IMG/VR virus record: IMGVR_UViG_3300026522_000024
Coordinates: 52,105 to 116,104 of that record
DNA: 64,000 nt
Strand: one strand, 5' to 3'
Source: a virus
Lineage: Duplodnaviria > Caudoviricetes
Shown here in pieces: positions 38,076-46,356 of this stretch (positions are counted from its first letter, which is position 1; every line of letters starts with the position of its first letter). The translations under genes were made by a program, and so were the position numbers. The notes below the pieces were generated by a model. The model was given only the letters and a program-made list of their open reading frames with translations. It searched no databases and was not told where the DNA came from.

Positions 38076-39932
38076 ATGAAAGACTATAAAAATCAGATAG
38101 CTGAATTGAAAGCAGACGTACACACCATCTGGAAACTGCAATGTCAGAACCTTTACAACAGCAAAAACCTTGGAGCATTGGCTGTACGTGAGTGCCTTCA
38201 GAATAGCATTGACGCTATAAGGACTGCTGAGAAGAACGGTGACATCGCTCAGGGTGAAGGATACATCAATATCAGCTGGGAGGGCAGCAACCTTATTATT
38301 GAGGATAATGGAGTAGGGATGAACCTTCAGACCTTACATGACAAGTTTCTAACCCTTGGTGGGACTACTAAGGGTGATGAGAGTAATGTAGGCGGATTTG
38401 GATTAGCTAAATCAGTTATCCTTGGATGCGGCAGTGGATTTAAGGTAGAAACCCAGGATAATGTGTTTACCAATGAAGACCTTGGTGTTAATCCTATACA
38501 GAAACAGGATTACAGACAAGGCACACGCATTACCTTGAAGAACGTACAAGTTGGTAAGGGTAAGAGCATAGAAGATGATTCCGATAGATTTAAATACGCT
38601 GTATACGATTATGTATTCACCAGCCAGATTCCTGAAGACATTAAGGTTACTGTAAATCATAAGGACTATGACTCCTATAAGAGATTTGTTCAGACTTCTT
38701 CTACTAGACGTGCACCTGCTGTATTTAACATTGGTAAAGACATCATACCAAAGAACACTAAAATCAGAGTAAATGTGTATAAGACCGCCAAGAATGATTT
38801 CTCTGGATACCTGTATGTTAGACTGAGAGGACTGACCCAATTCAAGCAATACCTTAGCTGGAATGCTACTTTTCATGTAGTGCTTGATATAGACACTAAG
38901 TTAGACCCACGTGACGTAGACTATCCATTCAGCACTAATAGAGAAGGACTGAAAGCACAGTATCAGGGTATTCTCTCAGCTATATCAGATAAGGTTAGTC
39001 AGTCACCAATTGCTATCTCAGACCACTCTAACTACAAGGAAACCTTCTATGATAACAAGACCAGCAATGCTGAGCGTAATAGAGTAATTGTTTCTCAGTT
39101 GATTTCTAAGGACTTGATGAAGGCTGCTAATACCGTATCTAAGGCAGTAGCTGGTATGATACCACAAGGAGGTTACACTGTTCCTTCTGTAGCTGAGAAA
39201 ATTCAGCAACTAAATGAAGTAGTAGAGAAGGTAGCACACGAATGTGGTAGGACTAAAGATGAAGTGGTCAATGGTTTGAGCACCGAAAATCTTCAGTCTT
39301 TGAACAATCCGTTGGATTACTCTTGGATTGTATGGCAGGATAAGGATACTCATGTTAAGAGGATAAACAGCAGCACTCAGGTCAGCTTTATATTGGCTTG
39401 GGACAGCATCCTGAGATTGATGGCTAGCCATTCTCCTGAGTTGAATGGAAAAACCTTCTACCCTGGTATCATCGTTAGGAAAGATTACATGGGATTGTGC
39501 TTAGAAAAGAACATAGCTTCTTGTGGCACTAGACACTACATTATGATGAATCCATATTTGATTCCTAATGACGATGACCTGTCTATAGCCTTATATTTGA
39601 TGAACTTGGCATCACACGAACTTGCTCATTTAGCTTGCGGAACATATGAGGCTCACGGTGAGACATTCTCCTATACTAGAGAATCCATCATGAATCACAA
39701 TTTGGTTAACGTGAATGCTGTAATGAAGATGCTGCGTAGCATGGGATTTAAGAAACTTCTCAATAAAGTAGAGCAGAAGAAGCAGTCTGAGGATTATTCT
39801 TATTTTACTTTGGACGACATTGTTGATATGGCAGAGAATAAGGGAATTGATGTACAGCAACTACAGGATAAGTATAGCAATCAACAGATTCTTAGGATGA
39901 GACTCATAATGGCTATCAAAAAAGCAGGTTAA
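38076..39932 (+). CDS. GHKL (HSP90/MORC-like) ATPase fused to a HExxH zincin-like domain
   Basis: RECLQNSIDA, IEDNGVGM, GGFGLAK, GTRI; C-terminal HELAH...H. Confidence 0.85.
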   Translation: MKDYKNQIAELKADVHTIWKLQCQNLYNSKNLGALAVRECLQNSIDAIRTAEKNGDIAQGEGYINISWEGSNLIIEDNGVGMNLQTLHDKFLTLGGTTKGDESNVGGFGLAKSVILGCGSGFKVETQDNVFTNEDLGVNPIQKQDYRQGTRITLKNVQVGKGKSIEDDSDRFKYAVYDYVFTSQIPEDIKVTVNHKDYDSYKRFVQTSSTRRAPAVFNIGKDIIPKNTKIRVNVYKTAKNDFSGYLYVRLRGLTQFKQYLSWNATFHVVLDIDTKLDPRDVDYPFSTNREGLKAQYQGILSAISDKVSQSPIAISDHSNYKETFYDNKTSNAERNRVIVSQLISKDLMKAANTVSKAVAGMIPQGGYTVPSVAEKIQQLNEVVEKVAHECGRTKDEVVNGLSTENLQSLNNPLDYSWIVWQDKDTHVKRINSSTQVSFILAWDSILRLMASHSPELNGKTFYPGIIVRKDYMGLCLEKNIASCGTRHYIMMNPYLIPNDDDLSIALYLMNLASHELAHLACGTYEAHGETFSYTRESIMNHNLVNVNAVMKMLRSMGFKKLLNKVEQKKQSEDYSYFTLDDIVDMAENKGIDVQQLQDKYSNQQILRMRLIMAIKKAG

Positions 39933-39941
39933 CACGGATTT

Positions 39942-39970
39942 GGCGGCAGTACATACTGCCGCCTTTATTT
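39942..39970 (+). terminator. rho-independent terminator
   Basis: GGCGGCAGT-acat-ACTGCCGCC followed by TTTATTT. Confidence 0.75.
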
Positions 39971-40008
39971 ATATTATTTACTATATGTGTTTGAAAGGTG
40001 TGTGGAAT

Positions 40009-40224
40009 ATGCCTAAGATTATAATTGAATCCTCTGATAAGAGAGATACACAAGTAGATATAGAGGAAAAGCTAGAAAAGGCAGTGTCTGCCATTAGAGA
40101 ACAACGTGAAGGAAAGCAATTTACAGACAATTTTCTTAGGGAAACTAAGGAAAAAGCTGATGTAGTAGTCAATAAGTTGTTTTCTAACATGGTCAAGGAA
40201 ATCAATGAAGTATTAGCGAAATGA
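40009..40224 (+). CDS. small helical hypothetical protein
   Basis: AAAGGTG SD; contains LEKA. Confidence 0.6.
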   Translation: MPKIIIESSDKRDTQVDIEEKLEKAVSAIREQREGKQFTDNFLRETKEKADVVVNKLFSNMVKEINEVLAK

Positions 40225-40233
40225 GGGAAAACC

Positions 40234-41358
40234 ATGGGAATCAACTTTGTAGATAAAGGCTCAGACTCAGCTCTAGTCAATCTTCTTCATGAAGACTACT
40301 TGAAAAAGTCATTTCATCGTGAAGGATTGACTCCAGTTAGAGTGTCTGTTAATGGAAAACATGGTAATTACACTACTACTGTGTATAAGAATCTAAATGA
40401 ACACGGAAAGCAGGTCAGTAAAAACAAGCCTAGATTCAATCCTGATAAGGGTAAGAACACAGCTAGTAAGCTACAGAATAAGGACTTTATGTACATGAAT
40501 ACAGCTACTGGTGATATATTATCACTGGATGAGGTAAAACGTGAGTACAATCAACTTCCTGAAAAGGAAAAGAAATCACATAAAACTCTTGATAGTTACC
40601 TAAAATCCACTTATTTTATTTCAAATGGAACTAACAAGACTTGTGATATGTACAGGATTGCTCCTGGCAAGTACACTAAGGAAAGAACACAGGCAGTCCA
40701 TGAACCCATAGTACAAGATTATCTATCTAAAGCACAGGATGCTCCAGAAGATACCCCACCAATACTTTTCTTGTATGGCGGTGGAAGCGGCGTAGGCAAG
40801 TCCACAATAGTCAACTCTATAGTGAAGCCTATGTCTGATGAGTTAGGAGTAAACCTACTCAAAGTAGACTGTGATGACATTAAGGAGTTGCTTCCAGAGC
40901 ATGAAATGTTTATGGCTCAAGATGAGCGTACTGCTGCTGGTAGGTTACACAGAGAATCTTCAGATATTACCAATAAGGTAATAGATGAGCTCACTAAGGC
41001 TAAAAAGTGCTTTGCATATGATGGTTGCATGGGAGACACTTCTAAGTACCAGAAAATTATCAATAAAGCTAGAGATAATGGATATTACGTACATATCATA
41101 GCAGCAGATATTCCAGTAGATATGGCTATTGCTCGTGCTAAATCAAGGAGCAGAAAGATTGATGACGCTATATTCCATAAGACTCATACTGCTTTTGGAA
41201 ATAATTTTTTGGATATAGCAGGGATGGCTGATTCGTTTGCGCTGTATGACAATTCTCAGGATAGTAATTTGCCACCTACATTAATTGTAGATGATACTGG
41301 AATACGCAATGAAGAACTTTATGAGCGTTTTCTTATGAAAACAGATGGGGAGGCATAA
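40234..41358 (+). CDS. zeta-toxin (PezT)-like P-loop kinase with the shared leader
   Basis: GGGSGVGKST, VDCDDIKELLP, HRES, AYDG, AIARAKSR, LYDNS. Confidence 0.85.
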   Translation: MGINFVDKGSDSALVNLLHEDYLKKSFHREGLTPVRVSVNGKHGNYTTTVYKNLNEHGKQVSKNKPRFNPDKGKNTASKLQNKDFMYMNTATGDILSLDEVKREYNQLPEKEKKSHKTLDSYLKSTYFISNGTNKTCDMYRIAPGKYTKERTQAVHEPIVQDYLSKAQDAPEDTPPILFLYGGGSGVGKSTIVNSIVKPMSDELGVNLLKVDCDDIKELLPEHEMFMAQDERTAAGRLHRESSDITNKVIDELTKAKKCFAYDGCMGDTSKYQKIINKARDNGYYVHIIAADIPVDMAIARAKSRSRKIDDAIFHKTHTAFGNNFLDIAGMADSFALYDNSQDSNLPPTLIVDDTGIRNEELYERFLMKTDGEA

Positions 41359-41360
41359 AT

Positions 41361-41525
41361 ATGAGCACTAAGACCTTTAATAAAGAAAACATTGTAGCCT
41401 TGCGTAAGAAATATGAGAAAAACCCTGTTCAGCAAGATTTTGCTAACGACAAGTCAGTGTTTGAGTTTCCAGATGACATAACTGATGAGGAACTGGATAA
41501 ACACATTGAGAGAATGAAATCATAA
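41361..41525 (+). CDS. 54-aa protein directly after the zeta-like kinase (candidate antitoxin; not in the ORF track)
   Basis: GGGGAGG SD; MSTKTFNK...DDITDEELDKHIERMKS*. Confidence 0.65.
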   Translation: MSTKTFNKENIVALRKKYEKNPVQQDFANDKSVFEFPDDITDEELDKHIERMKS

Positions 41526-41544
41526 TAATTGGAGGAGATAAATC

Positions 41545-44500
41545 ATGATAAGGACTACAGATATTGCTTCCTATCTTGTAGACAAGGCTAAGTTAGACCT
41601 AATGGGTGGTAGCTCCAATCTGGAAAAAGCACAGAGAGATTATTCTAAGCTGGTAAAGGTGCGTAGACCAGTAACACGTAAGGGTAAGACCTTTATGCAA
41701 GACATATGGGTGCTGCCAGGTCAGGTTAAGTCATCAGATGTGGTTCTTCAGAACAAGCATAATGTCATTCCTTCTCTTAGTAGCCTCACTAAGCCATCTG
41801 CTGGTATTTTGGATATGAAGTATTTTGCTGCTTTGGAGAACACTGATAGAACTAAAGCAATGGATTACTTGAAAGACCTTGGATTTACATGGAAGGTAAA
41901 TAGCAATCCTAGTATAAACTGGATGTGGGCTAAGAGTGCTCTTAATAAATTCCTGAATGCTAATCCTTCTTTTAAGACCACCGCAGGTTCAATTTCTGGG
42001 TTGGTAGGTGGTCAGACTCAGGTTACTTCTCAGGCAACCAACGTAACAACGCAAATTGCTCAGAATAAGACACCTTCTACGGTGAATACGGCAACCATGA
42101 TGTCTTCTTTTACGCCTCAGCAGCAAGCAGAGATTAATGCTTGTGCTAATGGTAAAGAAAAATTCTCTAAGATTCGTGAAATTCTTGGTAAAGATGGAGT
42201 GATATCTTGGGCGAAGGCTAATGGTATTACTTGGAATGAGCATGCTCATAATGCTATTAATCTTATGAGACTTGGTATGGCTGTTAGGGAATGCTTTGAT
42301 GCTATAAATGGGACAGTGTCTCCTGGTCCAATATCTAAGACTCCTACTAAGAAACAGCCTGCACCTGCTGCTCCTAAAATAGACCCAGATGAACTGCCTG
42401 TGCCTGCTAATGCTACAGAGCGTACTAAGAATTTGATTAAACACATAAATAACATGACAAGTGTAGCTGAGATTACTGATTGTACTAAGATGGGTATGGT
42501 TCCAGAAGATGATGTAGCTAAGTCGTTTATTCTTGAGAAATTCCTTCCTTCATTTAAGTTATGGGTAGGTGGTGGTGCTCCTAAATCTGTTAAGGATAAA
42601 TGGGCAAAAGATACTGGTTCTAGTGCTTCTTCTATAAATACTTATGCTAAGACTCCATGTGATTGGGGTGAGAGAGCAGTAGATACTATGAAGTTGGCTG
42701 GGTATAAAAAAGATATGGCTTCACATAATATTAGTATCTCTTTTTCTGGATTTACTATGGGTAAAATGCTTTCTCCTAGACAATACATGGTATTTAAAGA
42801 CCACAATAAAATGCTGCATTTTGGTAAATCATCAGAAAAGCCATTTGATATTATCAACAGCTTGAATGATACTTATTCTGACTATACAACCGATGATTAC
42901 AAAACTACTGACTCTTGGGGTACTACCATTAACCTCTACCCAACTAATCTTGGATATACTGGTTTAGACCCAGCTGAATACAGGAAAAAGTACAATATAG
43001 AAAAAGAAGGTTTTGTTAGATACCTCAGAAGAGTGCAAAAATCTAATCCAGGTTTGAGTTCTACAGTTCAGGAAATGATAACTACGTATGATGAGACTAT
43101 GAAATTGGCTGGATATAATCCTAATTTGCTTTCATATGTTCAGAAAAATGATTGGGATGATACAGCTCAACCTACATACTGGTCTTCAAGATTTGATAGT
43201 AGTTTAAGGTTAAATAATTTTTCTCCAGCTGATGCAAAAAAAGCTGTAGAAATCATAGAATTACAGTATAACACAGTTATTTCTGAATTAGAAAAAGCTG
43301 GTTATTCACAACAGGTTATTGCTGATACCTTGGGTTACAAATGGGGTTCAGGCTATCTTGATAACTTTAAGGTAGTTGATAGAAGTTCAGGTTCTACCTC
43401 CACTCTTGCTACTCTAAATATAGCTAATTTGTTACCAGATGAAGCTAAAAGATGGAATTACGCAGCAGCTTCATATGCTTATTGCAGATACTGCAAGGAA
43501 AACGGTATAGAAAATAAATCTGGTAATGGGACAAAAGAGTATGCTTGGTTGGAGCAGGTAAAGCAATTATCTCAGATGGATAAAGTTACATATGAAAAGA
43601 TTAACTCTAATTTAGAGAAACTGTATGGCTTTAGCAATAATAATGGCGTAATACAACCTACAGATAACAAGGACTATGACTCAATTTGGAGTAACCTTAT
43701 TTTAACAAGTAATATGGTTGATATGCACCACAAAATGGCAGTTTCAGCTAGAAGTAATACTGCTAGTCCCTTGAATAAAAGGGGAACAGAATATCAAGGT
43801 AATTATGATTATTATAGTGGTATGGCTATGAAAGATGATGCTAAAATGCGTATAAAGCAGTATGGTAACTATACTGGGAGTACTGCTTCTACGTATTCCA
43901 TAAAGGAACTTTCTGATAAAATTCAGAGCCAGCTTGATGAGGCACCAGTTGTTACAACCAAGTATCTTGATGACTTACGTAACTACTATACTAACAAGTA
44001 TCTTGATGACTTACGTAACTACTATACTAATCAGACACAAAGTCAGAATATTCCAGTTGATTCTTCTGCTGTTGCTAACCAAGCAGATAAGGATACCATG
44101 TGGAAGGCTGACTACGATAAGGAGAGTAATGAAACTCCATCTAAGGATATAGCTCAAATGATTTATCTTCAGGTAGCAAAGCATATTCCTAAGATGGCTG
44201 AATCCTCTAATCTTGAACAAAAACTTAACAAAAACTTTGATTATGTTCCGTTTGATTTCTCTACTAATGTACAACCAAGGTTTAACAAGCCTAAGAAAAC
44301 TGCTACTAGCAACACAACTAAGTCTGACCTTAGAAAAGCCAGAGAGGAATTGCTGAGTAAAGCTAAGTGTAGTATAGGCACAGAAGATGATGCTACATCT
44401 TTGGATATGAGAAAAGACTTCCTGAAGCGTTGGGATTATAAGGCAGGAGAGAAGACACCTGGTGGAACAGTAATGAGTGGCAGAGTGCACTCTGGTCCAA

Positions 44501-45144
44501 ACGCACCTCATGGTGACCAGAGGGCTTTGTTCAACTCCAGATTTTTCGCTGTAAGGAATAGTGTCTTTGAAGATAGGTTCAATAAAGAGCAGGAAAGACT
44601 GAAAGGTGCTTCTACTGACTCTAAGACCTATACTCCACTGGAAGTATTCCATGGCACTTCATATGGGTGTGCTCCTAACATCATAGGGCGTGAAGGAGAA
44701 TTCTTTATGGGAGGCAGCTACACTAAGGCTGGTAAGATGCTTGGAAATGGTGTCTATGTAGCTAATAAGGGTGGCAAGTCCTCAGTTTATATTGGTAATT
44801 CTTCATATGCTAATCGTCAGATTCACACAAGTCCTGGTGACGCAGACGGAATTATGATGTGTCTTACAGTTATGAGAGGTGATAACTATAAGTCAAGAGG
44901 TAATGGATTCTATGGTAATAGCTCAGACCCATCAATTACTTCTCTGGAGCAGGATGCTGGTTCATTGAATGACTGGGAAATGGCTGTAAAGCGTAATGAG
45001 CTGGTATTCCCACATCACTTTGTAGATATTTCTAGTAGGGTAATTGGTAAGAATGTTACCAGAGACTCAATTACTGGAGAATACAAAGATAACGTCAGTG
45101 GAAACACTTATGATAAATATGGAACTCTTAAAGGGATGAAATAG
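41545..45144 (+). CDS. 1199-aa multidomain protein: shared leader, two small repeat modules, C-terminal PARP-like (H-Y-E) ADP-ribosyltransferase
   Basis: VFHGTS, GKMLGNGVYVA...KS..Y, GIMMCLTVMRG, DWEMAV..LVFPHHFV. Confidence 0.8.
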   Translation: MIRTTDIASYLVDKAKLDLMGGSSNLEKAQRDYSKLVKVRRPVTRKGKTFMQDIWVLPGQVKSSDVVLQNKHNVIPSLSSLTKPSAGILDMKYFAALENTDRTKAMDYLKDLGFTWKVNSNPSINWMWAKSALNKFLNANPSFKTTAGSISGLVGGQTQVTSQATNVTTQIAQNKTPSTVNTATMMSSFTPQQQAEINACANGKEKFSKIREILGKDGVISWAKANGITWNEHAHNAINLMRLGMAVRECFDAINGTVSPGPISKTPTKKQPAPAAPKIDPDELPVPANATERTKNLIKHINNMTSVAEITDCTKMGMVPEDDVAKSFILEKFLPSFKLWVGGGAPKSVKDKWAKDTGSSASSINTYAKTPCDWGERAVDTMKLAGYKKDMASHNISISFSGFTMGKMLSPRQYMVFKDHNKMLHFGKSSEKPFDIINSLNDTYSDYTTDDYKTTDSWGTTINLYPTNLGYTGLDPAEYRKKYNIEKEGFVRYLRRVQKSNPGLSSTVQEMITTYDETMKLAGYNPNLLSYVQKNDWDDTAQPTYWSSRFDSSLRLNNFSPADAKKAVEIIELQYNTVISELEKAGYSQQVIADTLGYKWGSGYLDNFKVVDRSSGSTSTLATLNIANLLPDEAKRWNYAAASYAYCRYCKENGIENKSGNGTKEYAWLEQVKQLSQMDKVTYEKINSNLEKLYGFSNNNGVIQPTDNKDYDSIWSNLILTSNMVDMHHKMAVSARSNTASPLNKRGTEYQGNYDYYSGMAMKDDAKMRIKQYGNYTGSTASTYSIKELSDKIQSQLDEAPVVTTKYLDDLRNYYTNKYLDDLRNYYTNQTQSQNIPVDSSAVANQADKDTMWKADYDKESNETPSKDIAQMIYLQVAKHIPKMAESSNLEQKLNKNFDYVPFDFSTNVQPRFNKPKKTATSNTTKSDLRKAREELLSKAKCSIGTEDDATSLDMRKDFLKRWDYKAGEKTPGGTVMSGRVHSGPNAPHGDQRALFNSRFFAVRNSVFEDRFNKEQERLKGASTDSKTYTPLEVFHGTSYGCAPNIIGREGEFFMGGSYTKAGKMLGNGVYVANKGGKSSVYIGNSSYANRQIHTSPGDADGIMMCLTVMRGDNYKSRGNGFYGNSSDPSITSLEQDAGSLNDWEMAVKRNELVFPHHFVDISSRVIGKNVTRDSITGEYKDNVSGNTYDKYGTLKGMK
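43959..44030 (+). repeat. perfect 36-bp in-frame tandem duplication (KYLDDLRNYYTN x2)
   Basis: CAAGTATCTTGATGACTTACGTAACTACTATACTAA twice. Confidence 0.95.
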
Positions 45145-45157
45145 GAGGTAGTTAACA

Positions 45158-45469
45158 ATGATGAAGAAACTTATCAGGCACATTAACTTTATTGGGCACG
45201 AAATCAATCAGTCCATAGAGGACTATCCTGAGTCTGACAGAGAGGTTTTCTGTAAGAAACTTCATACTATAAAAGAGCCAGATGAGGCAGACTGTATGAA
45301 TTGTCCTTACTTTGGTGGTATGGGTCAGGGAACTGCTCATGAGTGCGTATGGGAAGAACCAGTAGATATAAGCTCAGAACTGGTCATGTACATTGAGCAT
45401 AAAGATAGACAGAAGGAAATGATGCGAGTATCCGAAATGATTGATGCTGGTGTCATCCAGAAGGGATAA
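45158..45469 (+). CDS. small Cys-containing protein after the ART gene (candidate immunity protein)
   Basis: AGGAGGT SD; C..CMNCP..C. Confidence 0.65.
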   Translation: MMKKLIRHINFIGHEINQSIEDYPESDREVFCKKLHTIKEPDEADCMNCPYFGGMGQGTAHECVWEEPVDISSELVMYIEHKDRQKEMMRVSEMIDAGVIQKG

Positions 45470-45475
45470 TAGAAT

Positions 45476-46321
45476 ATGGCAACAAGACTTACAGCAGCAC
45501 AGATACGTCAGATAAAAGACATAATCAGTAATCACATGGAAGTCTTGGGGCAGATTATGGTAGGGGAAGGTAAGCCTTCCCCTGCTTTAATTAGAAAGTT
45601 AGGACTGCCCAAGGAACTGACGTCTTTAGTGACAACTGCATACAAATATGGAAAACTGAGCATATTACAGGGTAAAGACCTGTCTACTATGAGTGCTTCA
45701 GAAGTACAAAATCTCATGAGAAAGATTCAGCTTACACCAGCACAGCAGCAATCTGTAGAGCAGATAAAGCTCAAAGCACAGACTAACATAGACTCAATTG
45801 GTCAACGTATTACATCTACAGTAATGAATGCTGCCTTACAGTCTGATTTACAGATGTGGCAAGCTATTAAGGAAGTAATACCTGCTGCTATAGAGAATGA
45901 CACTCCAAGGTATAAAGTCATTCAAATGCTTAGGGAAAAGACTGGTGATATGGCTAGGGATTGGCACAGAGTAGCACATACAGAGTTATTTGACGCTAAA
46001 TTACAAGGTGAAGCTGAAGCTATTTTGGATAATAAAAGTCCTTTGTCTTCACAAGGGGCTGAAACTCTTGTATATAAAAAGCCCGCCCCCACAGCCTGCC
46101 CAAAGTGTAAGCAGCTGTATTTAGAAAGTGACGGTGTGACTCCTAGGGTATTCAAAATCTCAGAACTCATGGCTAATGGTAACAACTATGGCAAGAAACA
46201 GGCAGACTGGAAGCCTACTCTTGGCACACTTCATCCAAATTGTATGTGCACTCTGAATGTAAAACCACCTGATACAGAGTTTGACTCACATGGAAACCTT
46301 ATTTATAAACCACGCAAGTAA
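45476..46321 (+). CDS. MuF-like head morphogenesis / minor head protein
   Basis: RDWHRVAHTE, ACPKC, LHPNCMC; adjacent to the portal. Confidence 0.8.
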   Translation: MATRLTAAQIRQIKDIISNHMEVLGQIMVGEGKPSPALIRKLGLPKELTSLVTTAYKYGKLSILQGKDLSTMSASEVQNLMRKIQLTPAQQQSVEQIKLKAQTNIDSIGQRITSTVMNAALQSDLQMWQAIKEVIPAAIENDTPRYKVIQMLREKTGDMARDWHRVAHTELFDAKLQGEAEAILDNKSPLSSQGAETLVYKKPAPTACPKCKQLYLESDGVTPRVFKISELMANGNNYGKKQADWKPTLGTLHPNCMCTLNVKPPDTEFDSHGNLIYKPRK

Positions 46322-46356
46322 CAATATTACATATGTAAAGGAAAGGAGGGTGGATA

